Of a DNA stretch of 64,000 bases, positions 15,214 through 25,416 are shown in pieces. The first letter of the stretch is position 1. Each line of letters opens with the position of its first letter. Both the position numbers and the translations under genes were made by a program. The notes under the pieces are model-generated. The model did no database searches. It was not told the origin of the DNA and saw only the letters and a program-made list of their open reading frames with translations. Origin of the DNA: Enterobacterales bacterium (GTDB lineage: Bacteria > Pseudomonadota > Gammaproteobacteria > Enterobacterales > GCA-2746155); NCBI GenBank assembly GCA_965250035.1, contig OZ252282.1, positions 2,998,536 to 3,062,535 on the forward strand, read 5' to 3'.

Positions 15214-16080
15214 ATGCAATTCAGAGTTGATGATGTTACTGATCCCAGGGTTGTCGATTTTCTGGCACAACACATTCAGGATATGCTGTCTGTCTCACCA
15301 CCTGAGAGCAAACATGCGTTAGATATCGATGGCCTGAGACAGTCTGATATTACCTTCTGGACTGCGTGGCAGGATGATTTACTGGTCGGTTGTGGTGCAT
15401 TGAAAGAGTTAGATCCGACCCATGGTGAAATTAAATCAATGCGCACCAATGCCGAGTCGCGCAGCAAGGGAGTGGGTTCGCAGATATTGAGTCACCTAAT
15501 GAAGGTGGCGAAACTGAGGGGCTATAATCGATTAAGTTTAGAAACCGGCTCTATGCCGTTTTTTGAACCGGCAAGGAAGTTGTATCGTAAATTTGGCTTT
15601 AGCCATTGTGACCCTTTTGCTGAATATCGACTCGATCCAAACAGCGTTTACATGACGATTGAACTGGCTAACAACTATCGTGGTAAATGCACCTGTGGTG
15701 CCGTGCGGATTGTTCTGTCTATGCCACAGGCCATTGAAAACTATTGTTCCAGAGCCTGTGATTGCGACTTCTGCACCAGGCGCCATATCGAATATATCTC
15801 ACATCCCGACGGTGCCGTCTTGATAGAGGCGAACTACGCCCTCGAAACCATCAAACAGGGTAGCGATCAGGCCGAGTTTCTCGCCTGTTCTGAATGCGAC
15901 GATGTCATTACGGCTTCTTATCCCGAACCGCGCAGGATTGGCTCACTCAATGCGACCTTGCTGGCTGATTATCCTGCCTTACAGGGTGCTGAGGTTGTGT
16001 CACCGAAATTATTGAACGCCGACGACAAGCTGGCGCGTTGGCGAAAGCTATGGATGCCAATCGACGTTATGGGAGAATAG
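15214..16080 (+). CDS. GNAT acetyltransferase fused to a C-terminal GFA-like (Cys-rich, CxCG...CxCxxC) domain
   Basis: 288 aa. The N-terminal ~150 aa carry a GNAT motif (SRSKGVGSQILSHL). The C-terminal part carries GKCTCGAVRIV and CDCDFCTRRH. Confidence 0.7.
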   Translation: MQFRVDDVTDPRVVDFLAQHIQDMLSVSPPESKHALDIDGLRQSDITFWTAWQDDLLVGCGALKELDPTHGEIKSMRTNAESRSKGVGSQILSHLMKVAKLRGYNRLSLETGSMPFFEPARKLYRKFGFSHCDPFAEYRLDPNSVYMTIELANNYRGKCTCGAVRIVLSMPQAIENYCSRACDCDFCTRRHIEYISHPDGAVLIEANYALETIKQGSDQAEFLACSECDDVITASYPEPRRIGSLNATLLADYPALQGAEVVSPKLLNADDKLARWRKLWMPIDVMGE

Positions 16081-16083
16081 GTT

Positions 16084-16512
16084 ATGCAATTCCGACCAGC
16101 GGCCGCAGCAGATATTCGTGCGATTTGTGATCTGCTTAATGAGAATAATCTGCCTTCAAGCGACGTTGCAGATCATCTCGACCACTTAATTGTGGCGGAG
16201 GATCATGACAACCTGATCGCTATGGGCGGCTATGAGGACTGTGGCCAGTACGGGTTAATTCGCTCCTTTGCCGTGCGGCCTGAATACCGTGGTCAACGCC
16301 TGGCTGAGACGATCTTCGCGAAATTGACCGAACAGGCGCGCGCCTCTGGTAAACAGAGATTCTATCTGTTGACCACCACCGCAGACGCTTATTTCAGTCG
16401 TCTGGGATTTGTAGCCTGTCATCGAGACGAGGTGCCTGATGCGATCCGGTCCACGCAACAATTCTCCGATCTCTGTCCTGCTTCTGCCACGGTGATGTGC
16501 CTGGATATATAG
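16084..16512 (+). CDS. ArsN2-type GNAT N-acetyltransferase
   Basis: 142 aa. LIRSFAVRPEYRGQRL, YLLTTTADAYFSRLGF and the C-terminal CPASATVM match the ArsN2 pattern. Confidence 0.75.
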   Translation: MQFRPAAAADIRAICDLLNENNLPSSDVADHLDHLIVAEDHDNLIAMGGYEDCGQYGLIRSFAVRPEYRGQRLAETIFAKLTEQARASGKQRFYLLTTTADAYFSRLGFVACHRDEVPDAIRSTQQFSDLCPASATVMCLDI

Positions 16513-16576
16513 CGCCAATCGCAAGTGAATTATGCTAATGTAAGCGCATTATTCTGATGACAAAGACGCATTCGAT

Positions 16577-17308
16577 ATGAAAAAGGTCGTTATGATTACC
16601 GGCGCCAGCCGCGGCATTGGTGCTGCCACAGCCAGACGGTTGGGCAAAGAGGGCTATGCCGTCTGTGTGAATTATCTCAACAGTGCACAACAGGCTGAGT
16701 CAGTTGTGAATGACATAAGCACCGCAGGCGGGACTGCGTTCGCATGCCAGGCAGATGTGGCTGATCCCGAACAGGTGGCCTCCCTGTTCGAGTCCTGTCG
16801 TCAGGCCCTGGGACCGATTACCCATTTGGTCAATAATGTTGGCATCCTCATGACGCAATCGTCTTTGGTAGACATAGAACTGGCGCGTTTTAACCGCATC
16901 ATGCAGACCAACGTGAACTCCTGTTTTCTCTGCTCGAAGACATTCATACAGCAATGTGATGATCGCGGTGCCATAGTCAATGTCTCATCACTTGCCGCCA
17001 AATCTGGCGCGCCATTCGAATATATCGATTATGCGGCATCCAAGGGTGCGATGGACTCTCTGACCCGGGGCTTGGCACTGGAATTGGCCGAGCGAGGCAT
17101 ACGAGTCAATGGCGTCAGGCCAGGATTTATTACCACAGAGATCCATGCGACGGGTGGTGAGCCGGATCGGGTGGAACGGCTCGCGGGCAATATCCCGCTT
17201 CGGCGCGGTGGCACGGCGGAAGAAGTCGCCCAGGCGATCGCCTGGCTATTATCGGATGAGGCATCCTATGTCACCGGGTCCTTCATTGATATAGCCGGTG
17301 GTCGATGA
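16577..17308 (+). CDS. SDR family oxidoreductase
   Basis: 243 aa with TGASRGIG cofactor motif, NNVG, and a YAASK catalytic motif. Confidence 0.9.
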   Translation: MKKVVMITGASRGIGAATARRLGKEGYAVCVNYLNSAQQAESVVNDISTAGGTAFACQADVADPEQVASLFESCRQALGPITHLVNNVGILMTQSSLVDIELARFNRIMQTNVNSCFLCSKTFIQQCDDRGAIVNVSSLAAKSGAPFEYIDYAASKGAMDSLTRGLALELAERGIRVNGVRPGFITTEIHATGGEPDRVERLAGNIPLRRGGTAEEVAQAIAWLLSDEASYVTGSFIDIAGGR

Positions 17309-17871
17309 AAATTTATGACCAGATAGGCGCCGCCTATCGCCAGTGGCGCTCGGCTGATATCGGCGTGTCGGACATTGAGGGGCTGGTTAAACAGTCTCAG
17401 GCGCGCTCGGTGCTCGACCTGGGGTGCGGCAATGGTTTTCCAATTGCCGAAGCGATTGCGCCTCTGGTCGACTGTTATGTCGGTGTCGACTCCTCGGCAA
17501 CATTACTCAAGGAATTCTCAGACAACATCCCAGACGCTGAGGCGATTCACAGCCCCATCGAGGCAATGGATTTGGCGAGTCGACGGTTTGATTTGGTCTT
17601 TTCATTTGGATGTATTTTTCACTTACAACCCAAGGTGCAACAGCAGGCCCTGAGGTTGGCTGCCAATGCGTTGAACAAGGGGGGCGTGCTCAGTTTTAAT
17701 TCGGGAACCGAGGCAGGCTACACCACGGGACATGTCGGAGGCCATGAACTCGACCACTGGTCCCTGGGCGAGCAGGCTTATGTTGAGTTGCTGACGGAAG
17801 CTGGTTTGCGATATGAGGGCAATCATCTGGGCGCTGGTCAAAACTTGTTTTTCACGTTTAGTCGATCATGA
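17305..17871 (+). CDS. Class I SAM-dependent methyltransferase
   Basis: 188 aa with VLDLGCGNG motif I. A 4-nt ATGA overlap links it to the SDR gene. Confidence 0.8.
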   Translation: MKIYDQIGAAYRQWRSADIGVSDIEGLVKQSQARSVLDLGCGNGFPIAEAIAPLVDCYVGVDSSATLLKEFSDNIPDAEAIHSPIEAMDLASRRFDLVFSFGCIFHLQPKVQQQALRLAANALNKGGVLSFNSGTEAGYTTGHVGGHELDHWSLGEQAYVELLTEAGLRYEGNHLGAGQNLFFTFSRS

Positions 17872-18341
17872 CAATGCAAATCAGAGACGCGCAATTAACT
17901 GAAGCAAAGCGGTTAACGGACATCGCCTTAACTTCGAAGGCCCACTGGGGTTACTCAGAGGTGTTCATGCGAGCCTGTCGCGAGGAATTAACAGTCTCCG
18001 AGGAGAAGCTGACTAGCGAGCACTTTACCTACCGTGTGATTGGGACCGACGATGGCATACAGGGGTTTTATGCACTGGAGCGTATCTCAAGTGAAGTCGT
18101 CGAACTGGAGGCCCTGTTCGTTGTGCCAGAGGCGATTGGTACAGGACTCGGAAAAGCCCTGATGCACCATGCGATCGACACCGCGTGTTCGTCAGGGTTC
18201 GACCGCCTCCTGATTCAGAGCGATCCCCATGCGGATGATTTCTATTCAGCTCAGGGTTGTATTGTGAGCGGTCGGAAGGAATCCGAGAGCATTCCGGGGC
18301 GGTATCTTACTGTTTTTCAATACAAATTAAACAACGCCTGA
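17868..18341 (+). CDS. GNAT family N-acetyltransferase
   Basis: 157 aa with an IGTGLGKALMHH motif. It has a 4-nt overlap with the methyltransferase gene. Confidence 0.75.
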   Translation: MTMQIRDAQLTEAKRLTDIALTSKAHWGYSEVFMRACREELTVSEEKLTSEHFTYRVIGTDDGIQGFYALERISSEVVELEALFVVPEAIGTGLGKALMHHAIDTACSSGFDRLLIQSDPHADDFYSAQGCIVSGRKESESIPGRYLTVFQYKLNNA

Positions 18342-18415
18342 TACGGCATTTATTTGCCTTTAGCTGTTAATCACAGTAAATTGTTTCGCAACAATACTAA
18401 TTACAGTCGTTATCT

Positions 18416-20569
18416 ATGTCCGGTTCCTTCTTCAGTGAGTTAAAACGTCGCAATGTATTCAAGGCGACTGCGGGGTATGTACTTCTCGGCTGGGTTGTAT
18501 TACAGATCGCCGATGTCGTTGTTCCGGCACTGAATTTGCCTGACTGGACTATGACTCTGCTGTTGGTCATTGGTCTGTTTGGTTTACCCTTCGTGATTTT
18601 CTTCTCCTGGGTTTATGAACTGACACCGGATGGCCTCAAGCTGACCAAGGAAGTCGATAGCGCTGAATCTGTCACGCACACAACAGGTAAAAAACTTGAA
18701 TACGTGATTATTGGCTTCTTATCGGTTTCGTTACTCCTGGTCATCGTAAAGCCGAATGTCCTGCCTAACCTGGGGGGAGATGATGAACCGCAGGTGACGA
18801 CCAGCGAAGCAGCTCAACGAGATACCGAAGAGGCGATACCATCCATTGCCGTGTTACCTTTTGCTGATTTCAGTCCTGAAAAAGATCAAGGCTATTTTAG
18901 TGATGGCATCTCGGAAGAAATTCTCAACTTACTGGCAAAAACCAATCGCTTGCGCGTGGCGGCGCGTACCTCATCTTTCGCCTTTAAGGGCGACAATTCC
19001 GATATCCGCGAGATTGGTGAAAAGCTAGAGGTCGAGACGGTGCTCGAAGGCTCGATACGCAAGTCGAACAACACCATTCGGGTTACGGCGCAGTTGATAA
19101 ATGTTGCCGATGGCTATCATATCTGGTCTGAGACCTATGACCGTGAACTGAAAGATGTGTTCGCGATTCAGGATGAGATCTCGACGGCGATTTTAAACTC
19201 TCTGAAGGTCCACCTGCTTGGTGAAGAGCTGAAAGATGGTAGCCATGAGGTCGATCTACAGGCTTATGACAAGTTCCTGATTGCTAATGAGCGATTACAG
19301 AGGAATAGTCGGGACGATCTGTTGTCGGCGATTGAACTGCTTGAAGAAGCGATTGCGATTCAACCCGATTACACCGAGGCTAAAATTAAGCTGGTACTGG
19401 CTGCCTTGCAAATGGAGGGTAAGGCGAATGATCGAGAGGAATTTCTTGAACGAGAGAAGATTACCGACCAATTCGTGACAGTACATTTGGATCCCATCGA
19501 GGCAGAAACTTCGGGTAATTTTGAACTCAATGGTGTGTTAGGTCGTTACCATCAGAAACGTTACCGAAATGAGGTTTCTCAGGCGTACTTGGCCAAGGCA
19601 TTGGAGCTAAATGCCAATTATGCGGATGCGTATCTGTTACGCGCCGATAATCATTTCCAGAATGCTGATTATAAAGCCATGCTGGCGGACCGCGAGAAGG
19701 CCTATAAGCTGGATCCCATGTCGATTGAGATCAGTCGCGAACTCGCCTATGACTACCTGGCTTTCTGGCGACCCGATGATGCCGATAAGATTATCGAGCG
19801 CATGTTTGACCTATTTCCTGACCATCCTACCGCATTCGCCGTTAGGGCGAATAATTACGCATCCCGTGGTATGTATGCTGACGCTGTTTTGGTGCTTGAA
19901 CAGGCAGTGCAGAAAAATCCGGACAATGAACGCTTCAAGAACTTCCTAGCCTGGGGCTATACCTATCTGAATAAGCCTGACAAAGTGGCGAGCATGGATC
20001 GCCACTGGACCGATTATGAAATGGCCATGCGTCTGGGTAATATTGAATTGGGGTTGGAGTTGTTGGCTGAGGGTCTCGCAAGTGACAAACGCGAAGAGTG
20101 GCTCACTCCCGCCGCAGATATGTACATGCTGACAGGCGATATCGACAAACTAAAGTCGACCATCGTTGAATCTATCGCCCTGATGGATAAGCGAAACGTA
20201 CCGTGGGATAAGCGATGCGATACCTACCTGATTGCTGCCTTAAGAATGGTGGATATGAATGATAATATTCAGACCATGATGGATGAGTGTCGCAAGACGA
20301 CCCTGAAACGACTCGAAGCCGGCTTCCTGTGTCCCTGTTCCTGGTACAGACTGGTGTCTTTTGCCATTGTCGATAATCGACCGGAAGATGCCGTGAAGCG
20401 GGCGGTAGAATGGCTGGATAACGGGGACTCGGATCCGAAACTGAAGATCGATCCTTTATTTATTCGACTGCAGGATCATGAGATGTACGACACCTTGCTA
20501 CAACGCAATGATGCCCAGGTAGAACGGCAGATCCGAATCTACGACACACAATCCAGCACCTCTTCCTAA
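18416..20569 (+). CDS. Membrane-anchored TPR-repeat protein
   Basis: 717 aa. The N-terminus RRNVFKATAGYVLLGWVVLQIADVV has 2 TM helices. An IAVLPF...DGISEEI domain follows, then a long helical-repeat region. Confidence 0.75.
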   Translation: MSGSFFSELKRRNVFKATAGYVLLGWVVLQIADVVVPALNLPDWTMTLLLVIGLFGLPFVIFFSWVYELTPDGLKLTKEVDSAESVTHTTGKKLEYVIIGFLSVSLLLVIVKPNVLPNLGGDDEPQVTTSEAAQRDTEEAIPSIAVLPFADFSPEKDQGYFSDGISEEILNLLAKTNRLRVAARTSSFAFKGDNSDIREIGEKLEVETVLEGSIRKSNNTIRVTAQLINVADGYHIWSETYDRELKDVFAIQDEISTAILNSLKVHLLGEELKDGSHEVDLQAYDKFLIANERLQRNSRDDLLSAIELLEEAIAIQPDYTEAKIKLVLAALQMEGKANDREEFLEREKITDQFVTVHLDPIEAETSGNFELNGVLGRYHQKRYRNEVSQAYLAKALELNANYADAYLLRADNHFQNADYKAMLADREKAYKLDPMSIEISRELAYDYLAFWRPDDADKIIERMFDLFPDHPTAFAVRANNYASRGMYADAVLVLEQAVQKNPDNERFKNFLAWGYTYLNKPDKVASMDRHWTDYEMAMRLGNIELGLELLAEGLASDKREEWLTPAADMYMLTGDIDKLKSTIVESIALMDKRNVPWDKRCDTYLIAALRMVDMNDNIQTMMDECRKTTLKRLEAGFLCPCSWYRLVSFAIVDNRPEDAVKRAVEWLDNGDSDPKLKIDPLFIRLQDHEMYDTLLQRNDAQVERQIRIYDTQSSTSS

Positions 20570-20574
20570 GATAG

Positions 20575-20883
20575 ATGTCAGGCAGCTATCCCGACAGAAT
20601 AAAAAGACTTCCGCTGTATGATGGTCGATTCGATGCTTACAAACTCGCTGCAGAAGGTGCTGAGGTCCTGTTTGCCTCTTACCCGGCGGGTACGGTCATT
20701 CCAGTACATAGTCACGATACCGATAATCATGGCGTGATTACTAAAGGTGAATTGTTGCTGACCATGCATGGTGAAACGACACGCATCGGAGTGGGCCAGT
20801 GGTATCATGTACCGGCACATGTTGAGCATGCCGCGCGATTTGATGTCGAAACAGATGAGATAGAATTCTGGTTCCAATCATAA
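20575..20883 (+). CDS. Cupin domain protein
   Basis: 102 aa with HSHDTDNHGVITKGE...VPAHVEHAA cupin motifs. Confidence 0.75.
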   Translation: MSGSYPDRIKRLPLYDGRFDAYKLAAEGAEVLFASYPAGTVIPVHSHDTDNHGVITKGELLLTMHGETTRIGVGQWYHVPAHVEHAARFDVETDEIEFWFQS

Positions 20884-20924
20884 ACCAATACACACGTATT
20901 AATTAACAACGACAAGGAGACATC

Positions 20925-21356
20925 ATGACTCCCGAGATAGCCATTCTGGCACCCGTCGTGGTGTTAGTCTTCTGGTCCATGATTATGTGGTTATGGATGT
21001 ACGCTACCCGAATACCCGCCATCATGAAGGCGAAGATTCACCCCGATCCAAAAATCCCTCGGGGTGAACAGTTGAAACTACTGCCCTATAAGGTGCGCTG
21101 GAAGGCTGATAACTATAACCATCTGATGGAACAGCCAACCGTATTTTACGCGGTGGCGATCGCATTAGCCGTGATGGCAGAGGGCAGCGGTATTAACCTT
21201 TACCTCGCCTGGGCCTATGTCATCCTGCGCATCATTCATAGTATTTTTCAGAGCCTCGTTAACCATATCGGTTACCGTTTTATGTTATTTGTATTATCGA
21301 ATATTCCATTGCTCTGGTTAACGATCAATGCAATGCTCCATGTGTTTCAGGTGTAA
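20925..21356 (+). CDS. MAPEG family membrane protein
   Basis: 143 aa with 4 TM helices. A NHLMEQPTVFY-type motif is present. Confidence 0.65.
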   Translation: MTPEIAILAPVVVLVFWSMIMWLWMYATRIPAIMKAKIHPDPKIPRGEQLKLLPYKVRWKADNYNHLMEQPTVFYAVAIALAVMAEGSGINLYLAWAYVILRIIHSIFQSLVNHIGYRFMLFVLSNIPLLWLTINAMLHVFQV

Positions 21357-21411
21357 TGATTCGAATCCATTGAAGACCAGGCGGCTCATCATCTAACGGA
21401 ACAGAAATGAC

Positions 21412-21858
21412 ATGAGACATCGCGGCTATACCATTACCACTGATCCTTCACAATTTGACTATGATGTCATCCATGCGTTTTTGAATAATAGCTACTGGTC
21501 GCCGGGCATCCCATTGCATACCCTTAAAAAGGCGATCGAGAATTCGCTTAGCTTTGCAGTGCTGAATGCTGATGACGAGACGGTTGGATTCGCACGCATG
21601 ATCACGGATAGGGCGACCTTTGCCTACCTGGCTGACGTGTTCATCATTGAGTCAATGCGTGGCCAGGGATTGAGTAAATGGCTAATGCAAACAATCCAGG
21701 ACCATCCCGATCTTCAGGGTTTGCGTCGGATGGTTTTGATCACACGCGATGCGCATGGCTTGTATGAACAGTATGGCTTCGGCCCGATTGCGCATCCTGA
21801 GCGGATGATGGAAATTGTCAGGCCAGATATTTACCTGTCTAAGGAACCGGAATTATGA
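21412..21858 (+). CDS. GNAT family N-acetyltransferase
   Basis: 148 aa with an MRGQGLSKWLM motif. Confidence 0.8.
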   Translation: MRHRGYTITTDPSQFDYDVIHAFLNNSYWSPGIPLHTLKKAIENSLSFAVLNADDETVGFARMITDRATFAYLADVFIIESMRGQGLSKWLMQTIQDHPDLQGLRRMVLITRDAHGLYEQYGFGPIAHPERMMEIVRPDIYLSKEPEL

Positions 21859-22517
21859 ACCGGCTAATTGATTTAAGTCATACCCTGGAAGATGGCCTGG
21901 TCACTTACAAAGGATTACCCGCGCCGATTATTTGCGACTTCCTCTCCCGTGAGGAGTCGGCCAAACAGTATGAAGATGGCACCTCATTTCATATCGGGAA
22001 GATAGAGCTCTGTTCCAATACTGGCACCTATATTGATTCGCCGTTTCATCGTTATGCCGATGGCAAGGATCTGTCTGAGCTGGAGCTGGAGCAGCTCGCC
22101 GGCTTGGAGGGGATCAAAGTCAGCGTTCCGAACCATGCAGGCGTCATCACCGAGGCGGTGTTTGAAGGACTGGACGTAAAGGGCAAGGCGGTTCTGATTG
22201 AAACCAACTGGTCGCGACACTGGAATACCGAAAGCTACTATGAGAATCATCCTTATTTATCGGAAGGGGCAGCTGTGTTCCTGCGTGATGCGGGTGCATG
22301 CCTGGTGGGCATTGATTCCTATAATATCGATGATATTACGGATGGCCGGCGTCCGGTTCATACGATCCTGTTGGGTGCCGATGTATTGATTGTCGAACAT
22401 ATGACGAATTTGGCGCAAGTCCCGGCCGGGGGATTTAAGTTCTATGCCGTGCCTGTGAAGATCAAGGCATTCGGCACCTTTCCTGTGCGTGCCTTCGTCG
22501 AATTGGCGGACAGCTAG
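21855..22517 (+). CDS. Cyclase family protein (arylformamidase/kynurenine-formamidase-like)
   Basis: 220 aa. NTGTYIDSPFH resembles the HxGTHxDxPxH motif. It has a 4-nt overlap with the upstream GNAT gene. Confidence 0.75.
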   Translation: MNRLIDLSHTLEDGLVTYKGLPAPIICDFLSREESAKQYEDGTSFHIGKIELCSNTGTYIDSPFHRYADGKDLSELELEQLAGLEGIKVSVPNHAGVITEAVFEGLDVKGKAVLIETNWSRHWNTESYYENHPYLSEGAAVFLRDAGACLVGIDSYNIDDITDGRRPVHTILLGADVLIVEHMTNLAQVPAGGFKFYAVPVKIKAFGTFPVRAFVELADS

Positions 22518-22618
22518 ATTCCGTCCGCACAGGCAGAAACGTTCTGTAACGAACTGGACTTAACGAAAAGCGAATTTTTATACTAGAATGTTTACATAAA
22601 TTATCGGATGAGCTCACT

Positions 22619-23695
22619 ATGAAAACGGCTGTATTGATACTCCTTTCCTTAATCACCCTGGACATTGTTGCGGATGAATATAGCTACGAAACGATCCGTG
22701 ATCCCAGAGAACTGACGCCAGAACAGGCAGCGAAGGCGGCCGATAATTACCAGAAGTACTGTGCCTTGTGTCATGGTGAGAATCGTGAAGGTTATGCGAA
22801 TGATCATGCGCCCTCACTCAAGAGCAAACAACTGCTGCAATCCGGCGTTGCCCACAGTATATTGCGTCCCTTGTCCTATGGTCGTGTCGGCACGGCTATG
22901 GGGGGTTATCTCGATGAAGTCGGTGGGCCGCTCACACTGGACGAGGCCTGGGATCTGACCTATTGGTTATTCTGGCAGGAGGATGTCGAGCGTCTGCGCC
23001 TTTCTGAGAACCCAGTTGAAGGCGATGTGGCAGAAGGCGCGGAGTTATATCAGCAACATTGCACCGAGTGCCATGGTAAGCAAGGGGAGGGCGTGAATGC
23101 CCCCGCGCTGGCGAACCAGTCGGCTCTGGCTCACAATAAGGATGAATTTATCCGTTATGCTATTCGCGAAGGGCGTGATGGAACGCCCATGGTGGCATGG
23201 AAAAATGTCCTGAGCTCGGATCAAATCGACAGCATCACGGCATTCCTGCGTAGCAAGGCCGATGGTTGGGAGCCGACTAAACCCGTGTTACGCGAGTTAC
23301 CCAGCAAGGAAGATTATGTCCTGAATCCGGACGCTGATAATCCGGACTTCCCAATCAAGGATGATATGTATGTTATGGCCGCGGATCTGCATGCCGCGCT
23401 TCAGGCCGGTAAGCGCATGATGTTAATGGACACCCGGGTGCCCTCGGTGTGGCAACGTGCGCACATCAAGGGATCAGTGCCGATGCCCTACTATGTCGAT
23501 GTCGATGAAGTGATCAGCGATTTACCGAAGGATGTGATGATTATCGGCTATTGTTCCTGCCCCAGGGCGGCTTCTGATCATCTGATGCGTCAATTGCGTG
23601 ATAAGGGCTTTGAGAATGCTTACACCATGTATGAAGGGATATTCGGCTGGATGAATCTCGGCTACCCTGTGATGCGTGGCGTGGGGCTCGAATGA
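22619..23695 (+). CDS. Secreted di-heme c-type cytochrome fused to a C-terminal rhodanese-like domain
   Basis: 358 aa with a signal peptide. It has two CxxCH motifs (CALCHG, CTECHG). The C-terminal ~110 aa are rhodanese-like, with the loop GYCSCPRAAS. Confidence 0.75.
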   Translation: MKTAVLILLSLITLDIVADEYSYETIRDPRELTPEQAAKAADNYQKYCALCHGENREGYANDHAPSLKSKQLLQSGVAHSILRPLSYGRVGTAMGGYLDEVGGPLTLDEAWDLTYWLFWQEDVERLRLSENPVEGDVAEGAELYQQHCTECHGKQGEGVNAPALANQSALAHNKDEFIRYAIREGRDGTPMVAWKNVLSSDQIDSITAFLRSKADGWEPTKPVLRELPSKEDYVLNPDADNPDFPIKDDMYVMAADLHAALQAGKRMMLMDTRVPSVWQRAHIKGSVPMPYYVDVDEVISDLPKDVMIIGYCSCPRAASDHLMRQLRDKGFENAYTMYEGIFGWMNLGYPVMRGVGLE

Positions 23696-23755
23696 AGCAG
23701 CGCGCAGTCGCAACCTAGTCATCAGTTGATTGGGCACTGAAACCACGTTAATCCA

Positions 23756-24964
23756 ATGAACAACGCTACAAGCACAGTGTCTCCTGGTGCGATCTTCCTG
23801 GCATTCCTGAAACTTGGTCTGACATCCTTTGGTGGTCCTATCGCCCATATCGGCTACTTCAGGATGGAATTCGTCGAGCAGCGCGGCTGGGTGACCGAGG
23901 CCGAATTCGCGCAGCTCCTGGCGACCAGTCAGTTCCTCCCAGGTCCAGCGAGTAGTCAGTTGGGATTTAGCATCGGTCTGCTAAAAGCCGGATGGATTGG
24001 TGCCTTTGCGGCGTTTATTGCATTCACGATGCCGTCGGTCTTGTTGTTGATCGCCTTTGCAGGGGTGCTTCCCATGCTCGCCGGTGAGGCGGGGCAGGCG
24101 TTACTTCACGGTCTAAAACTCGTCGCCTGTATTGTGGTTGCTGACGCCGTCATTAGCATGGCTAAATCGCTCTGTCCGGATTGGCAAACGCGGGCTATCG
24201 CCATCGCATCCTTGCTCATCCTGTTATTGTTGACCACCGTCTATGCGCAAATTTTGGTGCTTGGATTAGCCGCACTTGTGGGCGTTATTTTCCTAGGCAA
24301 GCACTGCCAAACGAGAGCAACTGAACCGGTGAGCGTTGCCTATGGCGCGGCGGTTAGCTGGATGCTGCTGGTTTGCTTTGTTGTGCTTCTCGTGACACTG
24401 CCCTTGCTTGCTTCTTCCCAACCTGGATTGGTTTCCATCGCCGATACCTTCTATCGCGCGGGTGCGCTGGTATTTGGCGGAGGGCATGTCATATTACCCT
24501 TGCTGGATGATTCGATTGTCGGACGGGGTTGGGTGACCGAGGAAGAATTTCTGGCTGGTTATGGCGCGGCTCAGGCGATTCCCGGGCCGATGTTTGCATT
24601 CTCCGCCTATCTGGGAATGCTCATAGATGGCGAACAGAGTAATGTGGCATCCGCTGCAATTGCGACATTATTCATGTTCCTCCCGGGATTTCTGTTGATG
24701 GCCGCTGTGTTGCCATTCTGGCGCACCCTGTCACAGAATCGAATGGCGGCAGCCGTGATTAAGTCTGTTAATGCCGCTGTGGTCGGATTATTAGCCGCTG
24801 CGCTCTATGATCCAATCTTTACCTCAGGAATCACGGCGTTATCTGACATCATCATCGTACTCTTGGGATTCATGCTCCTGTTCAAATGGCGTGTCTCACC
24901 GCTCATCATTGTGGTATTTTGTGTATCTGCGACCTTGTTACAGACTGTTATGATGACGCTATGA
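23756..24964 (+). CDS. chrA: Chromate ion transporter (CHR family), full-length two-domain form
   Basis: 402 aa. FLKLGLTSFGGPIAHIGYF and the second-half motif FGGGHVILPLL are characteristic of the family. Confidence 0.9.
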   Translation: MNNATSTVSPGAIFLAFLKLGLTSFGGPIAHIGYFRMEFVEQRGWVTEAEFAQLLATSQFLPGPASSQLGFSIGLLKAGWIGAFAAFIAFTMPSVLLLIAFAGVLPMLAGEAGQALLHGLKLVACIVVADAVISMAKSLCPDWQTRAIAIASLLILLLLTTVYAQILVLGLAALVGVIFLGKHCQTRATEPVSVAYGAAVSWMLLVCFVVLLVTLPLLASSQPGLVSIADTFYRAGALVFGGGHVILPLLDDSIVGRGWVTEEEFLAGYGAAQAIPGPMFAFSAYLGMLIDGEQSNVASAAIATLFMFLPGFLLMAAVLPFWRTLSQNRMAAAVIKSVNAAVVGLLAAALYDPIFTSGITALSDIIIVLLGFMLLFKWRVSPLIIVVFCVSATLLQTVMMTL

Positions 24965-25416
24965 TGAGCCATGAAACTAACCAGCAACAGGAAGACACCA
25001 TTGAGGCCGATGTCAGGGCCCGACTACTGCTATTTGCCTATCTCGTGATTCTGGCATCCGGTTTATTCCTGTTCATCGACTCACTGAATTCAATCAAGCC
25101 CTTATTGTTGGGAGAATCTGAACAGTTGTTAATGGCAAAACAGTATCTGGTTGGCCTATTTGATTATGTGCTGATTTTCAGTGTCATTCATGCCGTGGTA
25201 CTTAGTATCCTGTTCATCAGTATCGCCAACAGGGCGCGTCAAAGCGGGTGTTTCCCTCCGCCGGGTACCTGGGTCATCACCAGGACGACCATTAAACGCG
25301 GCGATAAAGCCAAACCCTCTACCTGGTTTTGTTATGCCTGCGCGTTGATCGTATGGTTGCCGGTTGCATTACCAATCTATCTGACGTGGTTGTTGGATGA
25401 GGTTGTGCGATTGTGA
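24961..25416 (+). CDS. Hypothetical membrane protein
   Basis: The ATG at 24961 overlaps the chrA stop (ATGA). The track start at 24886 would overlap chrA by 79 nt. The protein has 3-4 TM helices. Confidence 0.5.
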   Translation: MMSHETNQQQEDTIEADVRARLLLFAYLVILASGLFLFIDSLNSIKPLLLGESEQLLMAKQYLVGLFDYVLIFSVIHAVVLSILFISIANRARQSGCFPPPGTWVITRTTIKRGDKAKPSTWFCYACALIVWLPVALPIYLTWLLDEVVRL

